A DNA stretch of 64,000 nucleotides from the human T2T-CHM13v2.0 reference genome, Homo sapiens. The notes below the pieces were generated by a model. The model searched no databases and was not told the DNA's origin. It saw only the letters and a list, made by a program, of their open reading frames with translations. Positions 12,645-25,143 of this stretch are shown here, one piece after another. The stretch's first letter is position 1, and each line of letters begins with the position of its first letter. The translations under genes were made by a program, and so were the position numbers. The stretch lies in NCBI RefSeq assembly GCF_009914755.1, contig NC_060946.1; one strand, written 5' to 3'.

Positions 12645-15600
12645 AAGTGGATTGCAGTGGATTGGAAAAGAATTGAGTTGAATTGAATGGAGTGGAGGGG
12701 AGTGGAGTGTAGTGGAATGTAATGGAATGGAGTGGAGTGGAATGGATTGGAATGGAACAAAATGGCGTGGAGGGTAACGGAATGGAACCGAATGGAATGG
12801 AGTGGAATGGAATGGAGAGGGATGGAATGCAGTGGAATGGAGTGGAATGCACTGGAAAGGAACGGTGTGGAATCGACAGGAATGGAAAGGAGTGGAGTGG
12901 ACTGGAATTAAACGGAGTGGAATGGAATGCAATGGAGTGGAGTGGAGTGGAATGGAATCGAGTGGAAATGAATGGAGTGGAGTGGAATGGAGTGGAATGG
13001 AATGAAATGGAGTGCAGGGGAAAGGAATGGAATGGAACGGAATGAAGGTTAGTGGAATAGAATAGAGTGGGATGGAATGCAATTGAATGCAGTGGAATGG
13101 AATGGAATGGAGTGGAGTGGAATGGAATGGATTGGAGTGAAATAAATGGAATGCAATGGAATGGAATGGAATGGAATGGAGTGGAATGGAATGGAATGAA
13201 ATGGAATGGAGTTGAGTGCAATGTAATAGAGTGGAGTGGAGTGAAATGGAATGGAACGGAATGGAACGGAATGAAGTAGAATGGAGTGGAGTGGAGGGGA
13301 AGGGAGTGGAATGGAATGCAGTGGACTGGAGTGGAATATAATAGAATGGAATGGAATCGAACAGAATGGAGTGGAGTGGAATGCAGCGGAGTGTAGTGGA
13401 ATGGAATAGAATTGAAAAGAATGGAATGGAATGGAGAAGAGGTTAGTGCAGTTGAATTGAAAGGAGTGAAATGTCGTTGAGTGGAATGGATAGGAATGGA
13501 ATGTTGTGGAATGGAATGGAAAGGAGTTGAATGGAATGGAAAGGAATGGAGTGTAGGGGAACGGAAATGAGTGGAGTGGAATAGAATGGAATAGAATGAA
13601 ATGGAACCGAGTGGAGTGGAGCGGGGTCGACAGGAATGGAGTGGAATGGAGTGGAGTGGAATGGAAAGGAATTAAATGGAAAGGAATTGAAAGGAAAGGA
13701 ATGGAAAGGAATGGAATGTAAAGAGTGGCATGGAATTCAATGCAGTGGAGTGGAAAGGAATGGAATGAAGTGGAATGGAATGGAATGGAATGGAAAGGAA
13801 TGGAATGGAGTGGAATGGATTGGGGTGCAATGGAATGTAATGGATTGGAGTGGAAGGGAGTGGAATTCCATATAACGAAAGGAAAGGAATGGAGTGGTGG
13901 GGAGTAGAATAGAATTGAGTGGAGTGGAATGGAATGTAGGGGAATGGCATGGAGGGGAATGGAATAGGGTGGAGTGGACTGGAATGCAATGGATTGGAAT
14001 GGAGTGGAGTGACATGGAATCGATCGGTGTGGAGTGGAGTGGAATGGAAGGGTTTTGAATGGAACGGAGTGGAATTGAATGGAGTGGAGTGGAGTGGTTT
14101 GGAGTGGAGTAGAATGGAATGGAGTTAAGTGGAATGGAATGGAATGGTATTGAATTAAATGGAATGAAGTGGAATGGAATGGAGGGGGATGGAACAGATT
14201 GGGATGGAAGGGAGTGGAATGGAATGGTTTGGAGTGGAATGTAATGGAATGGGATGGAATGGAGTGGAGTGGAATGGAATGGAGAGGGATGGAATGGATT
14301 ATAATGGATTAGAGGGGAGTGGAGTGGAATGGAATGGAGTGGAGTGAATTGGAATGGAATGGAAGGCAACGGAAGGGAATGGAATGGAATGGAGTCGAGT
14401 GGAATGGAGTTGAGAGGAGTGAAGTGGAATGGAATGGATTGGAATGGAATGGAATGGAATGGAGTGCAATGGAATGGAATGGAAGGGAGTGGAATGGAGT
14501 GGAGTGGCGTGGAGTGAAATGGAATGAAGTGGAGAGGAGTGAAAAGGAATGGAATTGAATGGAATGCAGAGGAGAGGAGTGGATTGGAGTGGTAAGTAGT
14601 GGAGTGCAGTGCATTGGAATGGAACGTAGTGGAATGCAATATAAAGGATTGGAAAGGAATGGAATGCAGTGGAATGGGTTGGAGTGTAATGTAAACGAGT
14701 GGAATGGAATGGAATGGAATGGAATGGAGCACAATGCAGTGGAGTTCAGTGGTGTGGAATATAATGGAGTGGAGTGGAAAAGAATGGAATGGAATGGAAA
14801 GGAATGTAATGGAGTGGCGAGGAATGGAGTGGAGTAGAGAGCAATGGAATGGAAGAGAAGGGAATGAAGTGCAGGGGAACGGAATGGAATGGATAAAACT
14901 GGAATGGAAAGGAGAGGAGGGTATAGGAGTGTAATGGAACGGAGTGGAATGTATTTGATTGGAGTGGATTGGAATGGAATGTAGTGGAATGGAATGGAAA
15001 GGAGTGGAATGAAAAGAGTGGAATGGAATGCAATGAAATGGAATAGAATGGAATGGAGTGGGGATGAGTGTAATGCAATTGAGTGGAGTGGAATAGAATG
15101 GAATGGAATGGAATAGAATGGAATGGAATGGATTGGTATGCAGTGGAGTGGAGTGGACTGGAGTGGAATGGAGTGGAGTGCGGTCGAGTGGAATGAAATT
15201 GAATGGAATGTATTGGAATGGAGAGGAATGGAATGGGATAGAAAGGATTGCAGTGGAGTGGAGTGGAATGGAGTGGAATAGAATGGAACATAATGGATTG
15301 GAGTGGAATGGAAAGGAGTGGAATGGAATGGAATTGAAAGGAATGGAAAGGAATGGAGTCGAATGGAATGCAATGGATTGGAGTGGAGTGGAGTGAAATG
15401 GAATGGAGTGGAATGGAGTGGAGTGGAATTTAATGGAAAGGAATGGAGTGGAAAGGAATGGAATAGAATGGAATGGAATGGAAAGGAATGGAATGGAATG
15501 GAAAGAAGTGGAATCGAATGGAATGTAGTGGAATGGAATGGAATAGAGTGCAATGGAAAGGTGTGAAATGGAGCAGAGTGGAGTGAAGTGGAATGGAGTG

Positions 15601-15994
15601 AAGTGGACTGAAAAGGAATGGATTGGAATCGAATGGAATGGAAAGGAATGAAATGGAGTGGAGTGGAGTGGAATGGAATGGAGTGCAGTGGAGGGGAATG
15701 GAAACGAATGGAATGCAAAGGAAGGGAAAGGAATGCAATGGAGTGGAGTGAAATGGAATGGAGAGGAATAGAGTGGACTGGAAACAATTGGAGTGAAATG
15801 AAGTGGAATGGAATGGAACGGAGTGGAATGGAAAGGAAGGGAAAAGAATGGAATGGAAATGAATGGAATGGAGTGGTTTGGAGTGGAAGGGAATTGTGTA
15901 GAGTACAATAGAATGGAATGGAATGGAATGGAATGGAATGGAATGGAATGGAATGGAATGGAGTGAATTAGAATGGAAACGAGTGCCGGGGAAT

Positions 15995-16245
15995 GGAAAG
16001 GAATTCCATGGAATGGAATTCCATGGAAGGGAATGGAATGGAACGGAATTCCATGGAATGCAATGGAATGGAAAGGAATTACATGGAATGGAGTGCAATG
16101 CAACGGAATTCCATGTAATGGAATGGAATGGAACGGAATGGAACCGAATTCCATGGAATGGAATGGAATGGAAAGTAATTCCATGGAATGGAATGGAACG
16201 TAATTCCATGGAATGGAATGGAATGGAATTCCATGGAATGGAAAG
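15995..16245. repeat. Degenerate ~30-bp minisatellite island built on AATTCCATGGAAT
   Basis: TTCCATGGAA at 16004, 16019, 16049, 16149, 16179, 16204, 16229, plus variants TTACATGGAA (16079) and TTCCATGTAA (16109); spacings 15, 30, 30, 30, 40, 30, 25, 25. Confidence 0.9.
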
Positions 16246-19200
16246 GAATGGAATGGAATGGAATGGAGTGGAGTGGAGTAGAGTGGAGTGTAGAGAGATG
16301 GAATAGAATGGAATGGAGAGGAGGGGATTGGAGTGGAAAGGAATGGAGAGGAAAGTAGAGGAGTGGAGTGGATTGGAATGGAATGTTGTGGAATGCAACG
16401 GAATGGAATGGAATGGAAAGGAATACAATGCAATGGAATTGAGTGGCATGAAGTGGAATGGAATTCAGTGGATTGGAATGTAATGTAATGGAATGGAATG
16501 GAATGGAATGAAATGGAATGAAATGGAATGAAATGGAAGGGAGTGGAACGGAGTGTGGAAGAGTGGAATGGAATGGAATGGAATGGAATGGAATGGAATG
16601 GAATGGAATGGAACAGTATGGATTGGGGTCGAATGGAGTGGAGTGGAATGGAATGGACCAGAATGTAATGCAATGTAATTGAGTCAAATGGAATGGAGTC
16701 GAATGGAATGGCAAGGAATGGAATAGAATGGAATGGAATGGAGTTGAATAAATTGGAGTGGTTTGGCATGCAAAGGAGTTGAAAGGAAAGGAGTGCAATG
16801 GAATGGAATGGATTGTAGTGGAATGGAAGGGAATGGAATGGATTGAAGAGGAATAGAGTGGAATGGAGTGGAGTGGAATGGAATGCAGTGGAACGGAAAG
16901 GAATAGAATGGATTTCAGTGAAGAGGAGTGGCATGGATTGGAATAGAGTTGAGTGGAATTGAATGGAATGGCATGGAGTGGAGTGGAGTGGAGAGGAGTA
17001 GGTTCGAGTGGATGGGAATGGAATGGAACGGAATGGAAATGTGGGGAGAGGAGAAAAATGGAGTGGAGTGGAATGGAGTGGGGTGGAATGATATGGAAGG
17101 GAATGGAGTGGAGTGGAATGGAAAGGAGTATAATGAAATGGAGTGTAATGGAATGGAGGGAAGTGGTGTGGGATGGAATGGAGTGGAGTGCAGTAGAGTG
17201 GAAGGGAATGGAACGGAGTGTAGTGGACAGGAATGGAATGGAACGGAATTGAATGAAATGGAATACAATGGAGTGGAGTGCGGTCGAGTGAAATGGAGTG
17301 GAATTAAACTGAGTGTAGTGGAATGGAATGGAATGGATTTGAGTGGAACGTAGTGGAATTCAATGGAATGGAATGGAATGGCTTGGAATGGAGTGGAATG
17401 GAATTGAATGGAATGGAGTGTGGTGGAATGGAATGGAATGGAATGGAGTGTGGTGTTACGGACTGGAATAGAATGGAATAGAATGGAAAGGAATGGAGTG
17501 GAATGGAATGGAATGAAATGGAATGAAATGGAATGGAGTGGAGTGGAGTGAAGTGGAATGGAATAGAATGGAATGGAGGGGAGTGCATTTTAATGGAATG
17601 AAATGGAAATGAATGGAATGGAAGTGAGAGGAGTGCAGTGGAATGGAAAAGAATGGAGTGGAATGTAGTGGAGTGGAGTGGATTGGAATGGAATGTAGTG
17701 GAATGGAATGGAAAGAAGTTGAATGGAATGGAGTGGAATGAAATGGAATTTAATGGAGGGGGAGGAGAGGAATGGAATTGAGTGGAGTAGAATAGAATGG
17801 AAGGGAATGGCCTGGAGTGGAGTGGAGTGGCGTCAAGTGGATGGCAATGGAATGGAATGGAATGGAATGGAATGGAATATAATGGAATGGAATGGAATGG
17901 AATGGAATGGAACGGAACGGAATGGAATGGAATGGAGTGGAATAGAGTGGAGTGGGGTTGAGTGGAATGGAGTGGAGTGGACTGAAATGGAATATATTGT
18001 AATAGAATTGAATGGAATTCAATGGAATGGACAGGAGTGGACTGGAAAGGAATAGGGTGGAATGGAATGGGATGGAGTTGAATGGAATGGAGTGGAATGG
18101 AGTGGAGTGGTGTTGAGTCGAATGGAATGTATTGGATTGTAGGTGAATGGAATGTAATGGTATGGAATTGAGTGGAGTCCAGTGGAATGGAGTGGAGTGG
18201 AGTAAAATTGAATGGAATGGAAAGGAAAGAAATAGAATGGAATGAATTAGAATGCAATGGAGTGAGATGGAGTGGAATGGAATTGAGTGAAATGGAATGG
18301 AGGGGATTTTAGTGGAGTGAAATGGATTGAAATAGAGTGGAGTGGAGTATAGTGGAGTGGAAAGGAATGGGGTGGAGTGGAGTGGAATGGAATGCAATGG
18401 AGTGAAGTCAAACGGAGTGCAGTGCAGTGGATTGGAATGCAATGGAGTGGAATGGAATGGAATTGACAGGAGAGGAGTTGAATGCAGTGGAATATAATGG
18501 AGTGGAATATAACGGAGTGGAGTAGATTGGAATGGAATGTAGTGGAATGGAACAGAAAGGAGTGGAATGGAATGGAATGGAGTTAGGTAGAGTGGAATAG
18601 ATTTGAGTGGAGTTTAAGATAATGGAATGGAATCGAGTGGAGTGGCGTGGGATCGAGTGAAATGAAATGGAATGGAAAGGAGTGGAATTAAAAGGTATGG
18701 AATGGAGTGGAATGGAGTGAAGTGGAATTTCATGGAATGGAATGTAGTGGAATGGAATAGAATATAATAGAATGAAATGGAATGGAATGGAATTTAATGG
18801 AGTGGAGTGGAATATAACGGAATGGAGTGGAATAGAATGGAATGGATTGCAATGAATTGGAGTGGCATGGAGTGCAGTGGAGTGGAGTGGAATGGAGTGA
18901 ATTGGAACGGATTGTAATGGAATGGAATGGAAAGGGGAGTAATTGAATGGAAAGGAGTGGAATGGATTGGAGTGGAGTGGAGTGGAATAGAATGGAGGGC
19001 AGTGGAGGGGAATGGAATGGAATGGAATGGAATGGAGTGGAATGGAGTGGAGTGGAATGGAATGGAGTGGAATATAGTGGAGAGGAGGGGATTGGAAAGG
19101 AATGTAGTGGAATGGAATGGAAAGGAGTAGAATGGAATGTAATGGAATGAAGGAGAATGAAATGAAATTGAATGGAATGGAGAGGGCTGTAGTGGAATGG

Positions 19201-19470
19201 AATAGTGTGGAGTGGAATAGAGTTGAAAGCAATGCAATGGAGAGGACTGGAGTGGAGTGGTGTCGGGTGAAATGGAATGTAATGGAGTGGAGTGGAATGG
19301 AATGGAATGGAGTGGAAAGGAATGGAATGGAATGGAATGAAATCGAATGGAATGGAGGAGAGTGGAATGGAATCGAAAGGAATGGAAGGGAATGTAGTTG
19401 AATGGAGTGGAGTGGAAATTAATTGAATGGAGTGGAGTGGATAGGAATGACATAACATGGAATTAAGTGG

Positions 19471-20090
19471 AATGGAATGGAATTCCATGAAATGGAATTG
19501 AATGGAATGGAATTCCATGAAATGGAATTGAATGGAATGGAATTCCATGAAATGGAATTGAATGGAATGGAATTCCATGAAATCGAATTGAATGGAATGG
19601 AAATCCATGAAATGGTACTCCATGGAATGGAATGGAATGCAATGTAATGGAATGGAATGGAATGGAATGGAATGGAATGGAATGGAATTTCATGGAACTC
19701 CATGGAATGGAATGGAATTTCATGGAACTCCATGGAATGCAATGGAATTTCACAGAATGGAATGGAATGCAATGGAATTCCACGGAATGGAATGGAATGC
19801 AATGGAATTCCACGGAATGGAATGGAATGCAATGGAATTCCACGGAATGGAATGGAATGCAATGGTACTCCATGGAATGCAACGGAATTCCACGGAATGG
19901 AATGGAATGCAATGGTACTCCATGGAATGCAACGGAATTCCACGGAATGGAATGGAATGCAGTGGAATTCCACGGAATGGAATGGAATGCAGTGGAATTC
20001 CACGGAATGGAATGGAATGCAATGGAATTCCACGGAATGGAATGGAATGCAATGGAATTCCACGGAATGGAATGGAATGGAATTCCACGC
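19471..20090. repeat. Young compound minisatellite (30-bp and 50-bp units) inside the satellite
   Basis: AATGGAATGGAATTCCATGAAATGGAATTG x3 exact (19471-19560) plus 2 variant copies; AATGGAATTTCATGGAACTCCATGGAATG(G/C) x2 (19681-19740); A(A/G)TGGAATTCCACGGAATGGAATGGAATGC about x8; and a 50-bp unit starting AATGGTACTCCATGGAATGCAACGG x2 (19861-19960). Confidence 0.95.
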
Positions 20091-23000
20091 ATTGGAATGC
20101 AATTGAATGGAGTGGAATAGAATGGAAAGGAATGCAATGGAAAGGAATGGAATAGGCTAGAGTGTTATGGAATGGAATACAGTGGAGAGGAATGGGTTGG
20201 AATGGAATCGTATGGAATGGAATGGAATGGAGTTGAATGGAATATAATGGAGGGGACTGGATTGTAATGGAATGGAGTGGAATAAAGTTAAGTGGAATGG
20301 AATGGAATGAAATGCAGTGGAGTAGAAAGGTATGGACTGGAATGGAATGGAGTAGAAGGGAATGGAGTTGACTGCAGTGGAATGAACTGGAGTGGAATGG
20401 AGAAGAGAGTAATGGAATGGAATTAATTGTAGTGGAATAGGATGGAATGGATTGGAGTGGAGAGCAGTGGAAGGGAGAGGTATGGAATGGAATGCAGTGT
20501 AGTGGAATGGAATGGAATTGTACGGAGTGGAGTGGAATGGAATGGAATTGAGTGTTGGAGAATAGAATGGAATGGAATGCAACGCAATGGAGAGGAGGGG
20601 ACTGGAGAGGAACGGAATGGAGTGGAATGGAGTGGAGTGGAATGGATTGGAAAGGACAGGAGTGGAATGAATGGAATGGATTGGATTGGAAAGGAGTGGA
20701 GTAGAATGGACTGGAGAGGAGTGAAATGGAATGGATTGGAATGGAATGGAATAGACTGGAATGGAATGGAGTGTAGTAGAATGGAAGGGAATAGGATGGA
20801 GAGGAATGGGGAGAAATGTAGTGGAGTGTAATGGAATGGACGGGAGTGTAATGGAATTGAATGGAACGGAGTGGAATGGAGTAGAATGGAGTGGAGTGGA
20901 ATGCAATGGAATGGAATGGAGTGGAGTGGAACTGTATGGAGTGGAAAGCAATGGAATGGAATGGAATGGAGTTCAGTGAAGTGGAAGGGAGTGCATTGGA
21001 ATGGAGTAGACTGGAATGTAATGGAATAGAGTGTTGTGCAATAGAATGGAATGCAATGAAATGGAATGGAATGGAATGGAATCGAATGGAATGGAAAGGA
21101 ATTGAGTGGAGCGGAATGGAGTGTGTTGGAATGGAACGAGTGCAATGGAATGGAATGGAATGGAATAGAATGGAATGGAGTGTAGTGGAATGGAATGGAA
21201 TGGAATGGAGTGTAGTGGAATGGAATGGAAAGGAGTGAAAGGGAATGGAATGGAATGGGGAAGAGAGGATTGGGGTAGAATGCAATGGAAGGAAATGGAA
21301 TGGAATGGAGTAGAAAGGAATGGATTGGAGTAAAGTGGAATGAAATGGGGAGGAATGCAGAGGAGTGGAATTCAATGAAATGCAGTGCAGTGGAATGGAA
21401 TGTAATGGAACAGAATTGAGTGGAGTGAAATGAAGTGGTATGGAATGGAATGGAATGGAATGGAATGCAATGCAATGCAATGGAATCGAATGGATTGGAA
21501 TGGAATAAATTGAAATGGAATGGATTGCAATGGAGATGAGAGGAGTGGAGTGGAAGGGAGTGGAGTGGAATGTAGTGGAGTGAACTGGATTGTAATTGAT
21601 GGCGGGGAATGGAATGGAACGAAGTGGAGTGGAATGGAAAGGAATGGAATGGAGGGGCGTGGATTGTAAGGGAATGGAATGGAATGGAATGGAATGGAAT
21701 GGAATAGAAAGTGGAATGGAGAGGAGTGGAGTGGAATGGAATTGATGAAGTGAAGTGGAATGGAATGGAATGGAATGGAATGGAATGGAATGGAATGGAA
21801 TTGAGTGAAGTGGAGTGAGATGTAATGCAATGGGATGGAGAGGAGGGTAGTGGAGTCGAATGGAATAGAGAGGAATGGAGAGGAGTGGAGAGGATTGTAA
21901 CGGAATGTAATGGAATGGAATGGAATGAAATGGAAAGAAATGGAATTGAGTGGAGTGGAGTGGATTGGAATTGAGTGGACTGAAATGGAACGGAATGGAA
22001 TGGACTGGAGTGGAGTGGCGTGGGGTTGAGTGGAATTGAATTGAATGGATTGGAACGGAATGGAGGGCTGTTTAGTGGACTGGAGTGGAATGGAATGGAA
22101 TGGAGTCCAACGGAATGGAATGGAATGGAATGGAATGGAGTCCAACGGAATGGAATGGAATGGAATGGAATAGAATGGAGTGGAGTGGAATGGAATGGAA
22201 TGGAATGGAATGGAAACGAATGGAATGGAGTGGAATGGAATTGAATGGAATGGAATGGAATGGAATGGAATGGAATGAAGTGTAATGGAATGGAATGGAA
22301 TGGAGTGGAATGGAATGGAATGGAGTGGAATGGAATGGAATGGAATGGAATGGCATGGAATGTAATGGAATGGAATGGATTGGAATGGAGTTGAATGCAA
22401 TGGAGTGGAAATGAGTGGAGTGGAATGGAATCCAACGGAGTTGAAAGGAGTGGAGTGGAATGGAATTTAATGGATTGTAGAGGAATAGAATGGAATGGAA
22501 TGGATTAGAGAAGAATGGAGTGAAATGGAGTGGAGTAGAATGGAAGAGAGTGGAAAGGAATGTGGTGGAACGGAGTTGTCTGTAGTGGAATGGAATGGAG
22601 TGGAATGGATTTGAGGGGAATGGAATGGAATGGAATGAAATGGAGGGGAGTGGAGTGGAGTGGGGACTAGTGGATATGAATGCAACGGAATGGAATAGAG
22701 TGGAACAGAATGGAGAGGATTGGAATCGATTGGAATGGAATGAAAAGGAATGGAAGCGTGTGGATTGGAACGGAGTGGAGTGGAGTGGAATGGAGTGGAA
22801 TGGAATGGAATGGAATTGAATGGAAAGGAGGAGAGTGGAGTGGAATGGAACCGAGTGGAATGTAGTGGAGTGGAATGGAACGGAAAGGAATGGAATGCAG
22901 TGGAATGGAATGGAATGGAATGGAATAGAATGGAATGGAATGGAAAGGAATGCAGTGGAATGGAACGGAATGGAAGGGAATGGAATGGAATGGAATGGAA

Positions 23001-25024
23001 TGCAATGGAATGGAATTGATTGGAATGGAATGGAGTGGAGTGGAATGGAAAGGAATGGTCTGGAATGGAATGGAATGGAATGGAATGGAATGGAATGCAA
23101 TGGAATTGAATGTAATGGAGTGGAATGGAATGGAGTGTAACGGAGTGGTGTAGAAAGGAATGAAATGTAGAAGAGTGGAATGAAATGAAATTCATTGTAA
23201 TGGAATACAGTGCAAAGGAATGGAATGGAATTGAATGGAGTGGAGTGGAGTGGAATGGAATGGAATGGAATGGAGTGGAGTGGAGTGGAATGGAATGGAA
23301 TGGAGTGAATTGGAATGTGAAGGAGGGGAATGGAGTGGAATGGAGAGGAATGAATTTTAGTGGAATGTAATGGAATGGAACGGAATGCTGTGGATTTGAA
23401 TGGAGTGGAATGGAATGGAGTGGAATGGAATGGAAAGGAATGAAGTGCAAAGTAATGGAATGGAAAGGAAAGGAGTGGAATGGAATGGAGTTGAGTGGAG
23501 AGGAAAGGAGTAGAGTGGAATGGAATCTAACGGACTGTCATGGAATGGAATGAAATTGAACGGAATGCTGTGGAATGGAGTGGTTTGGAATGGAACAGAG
23601 TGTATTGGAATTGAAGTGAATGGAAGGAATGGAAAGGAATGGAATGGAATCGAATGGAATGTAGTGTACAGGAATGGAATTGATTGGAAAGGAATGGAAT
23701 GGAATGGAATAGAATGGAATGGAATGGCATGGAACGGAATGGAATGGAATGGAATGAAATGGAATGGAAAGGAATGGAATGGGTAGGAGGGAAATGGGGT
23801 GGAATGGAATGGCATGGAGTGGAATGGAATGGAGTGGCATGGAATTGAGTGGAGTGGTGGGGAATGAAATGGAGTGGAATGGAGTGGAGAAGAATGGAAA
23901 GGATCGAAGTGGAAGGGAATGGAATCGAATGGAAAGGAATGCAGCGGAGTTGAATGGAGTGTTATAGAATGCAGTGACAAGGAATGTAATTGAATGTAAT
24001 GCAAAAGAATGTAATGGAATGGAATGGAGACGAATGGAGTGGAATGGAAATGAATGGAATGCAGTGGAATTTAATGGAATGTGAAGGAATGGAATGCAAA
24101 GGCATGGAGTGTAATGGAGTGGAGGGGAGTGGAATGAAATATAATGGAATGGAATGGAAAGGTGAGGAGGGGAGTGGATTGGAATGGAATGGAGTGGAAA
24201 GTAGTGGAGTGCAGTGGATTGGAATCGAATGTAGTGGCATGGAAATGAAAGGAAGGGGTGGAGAGGAATGGACTAGAGTTGGGTGGAAAAGAATGGAATT
24301 TAATGGAATGGAATGGAGCGGAATGGAGTGGAGTGGAATGGAATTGAACGGAGTGTAGTGGAATGGTACAGAATGGAATGAATTGGAATGGAATGAAATG
24401 TAGTGGAGTGTAGTGGAATGGAATGGAATTTAATAGAATGGAGGGGATTGCAGTGGAGGGCGGTCAAGGGAATGGAATTAAATGTAATGGAATGGAATGG
24501 AATTTGATGGAATAAAATGGAATGCAAGGGAGTGGAGTGGAGTGGAACAGAATGGAATAGATCAGAATGGAACGGAGTGGAATGGAATGTAGTGTAATGG
24601 AACGGCACCGAATGGATTCGAATGGAATGGAGTGGAGTGGACTGGAGAGGAATGGAATGGAATGGAATGGAATGGAATGGAATGGAATGGAGTGGAATGG
24701 AGTGGAATGGAGTGGAGTGGAATGGAAAGGAATGGTGTAAATTGGAACGGAATGGAATTCAGTGGAATGGAATGGAATGGAATGCAATGGAATGAATGGA
24801 GTGGAATGGAACGGAATGGAATGGAGTGAAATGGTATGGAATGGAGTGGAGTGGAATGGAATCGAACGGAATGGAATGTAGTGCAATGCAATTTAAAGGA
24901 GTGGAGAGGAGTGAGATAGAATGGAGTTGTAAGTAGAGGAATCGAATGGAACGGAATGGTGTGGAATGGAATGGAGTGTAATGGAATCTCACCGAAAGGA
25001 GAGGAATGGAAAAGAGTGGAATGG

Positions 25025-25143
25025 AATGGAGTCGAATGGAATGTAATGGAATAGAAAGAATGGAATGGAATGGAATGGAGTGGAATGGAATGGAGTCGAA
25101 TGGAATGTAATCGAATAGAAAGAATGGAATGGAATGGAATGGA
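25025..25143. repeat. Local tandem duplication, 64-bp period
   Basis: GTCGAATGGAATGTAAT(G/C)GAATAGAAAGAATGG at 25031 and 25095; the unit contains a 1-bp phase shift. Confidence 0.85.

Noticed and set aside
19471-20090. CRISPR-like array (30-bp palindrome-containing repeats)
   Set aside because: Units are directly adjacent with no unique spacers, are derived from the surrounding satellite, and there are no cas genes.
15995-20090. Perfect heat-shock elements (nGAAnnTTCnnGAAn) created by the TCCAT variant
   Set aside because: Spacing is wrong: GAA abuts TTC (0-1 bp gap) and TTC to GAA is 3-4 bp rather than 2. HSF1 association with SatIII is established, but no canonical HSE array is visible here.
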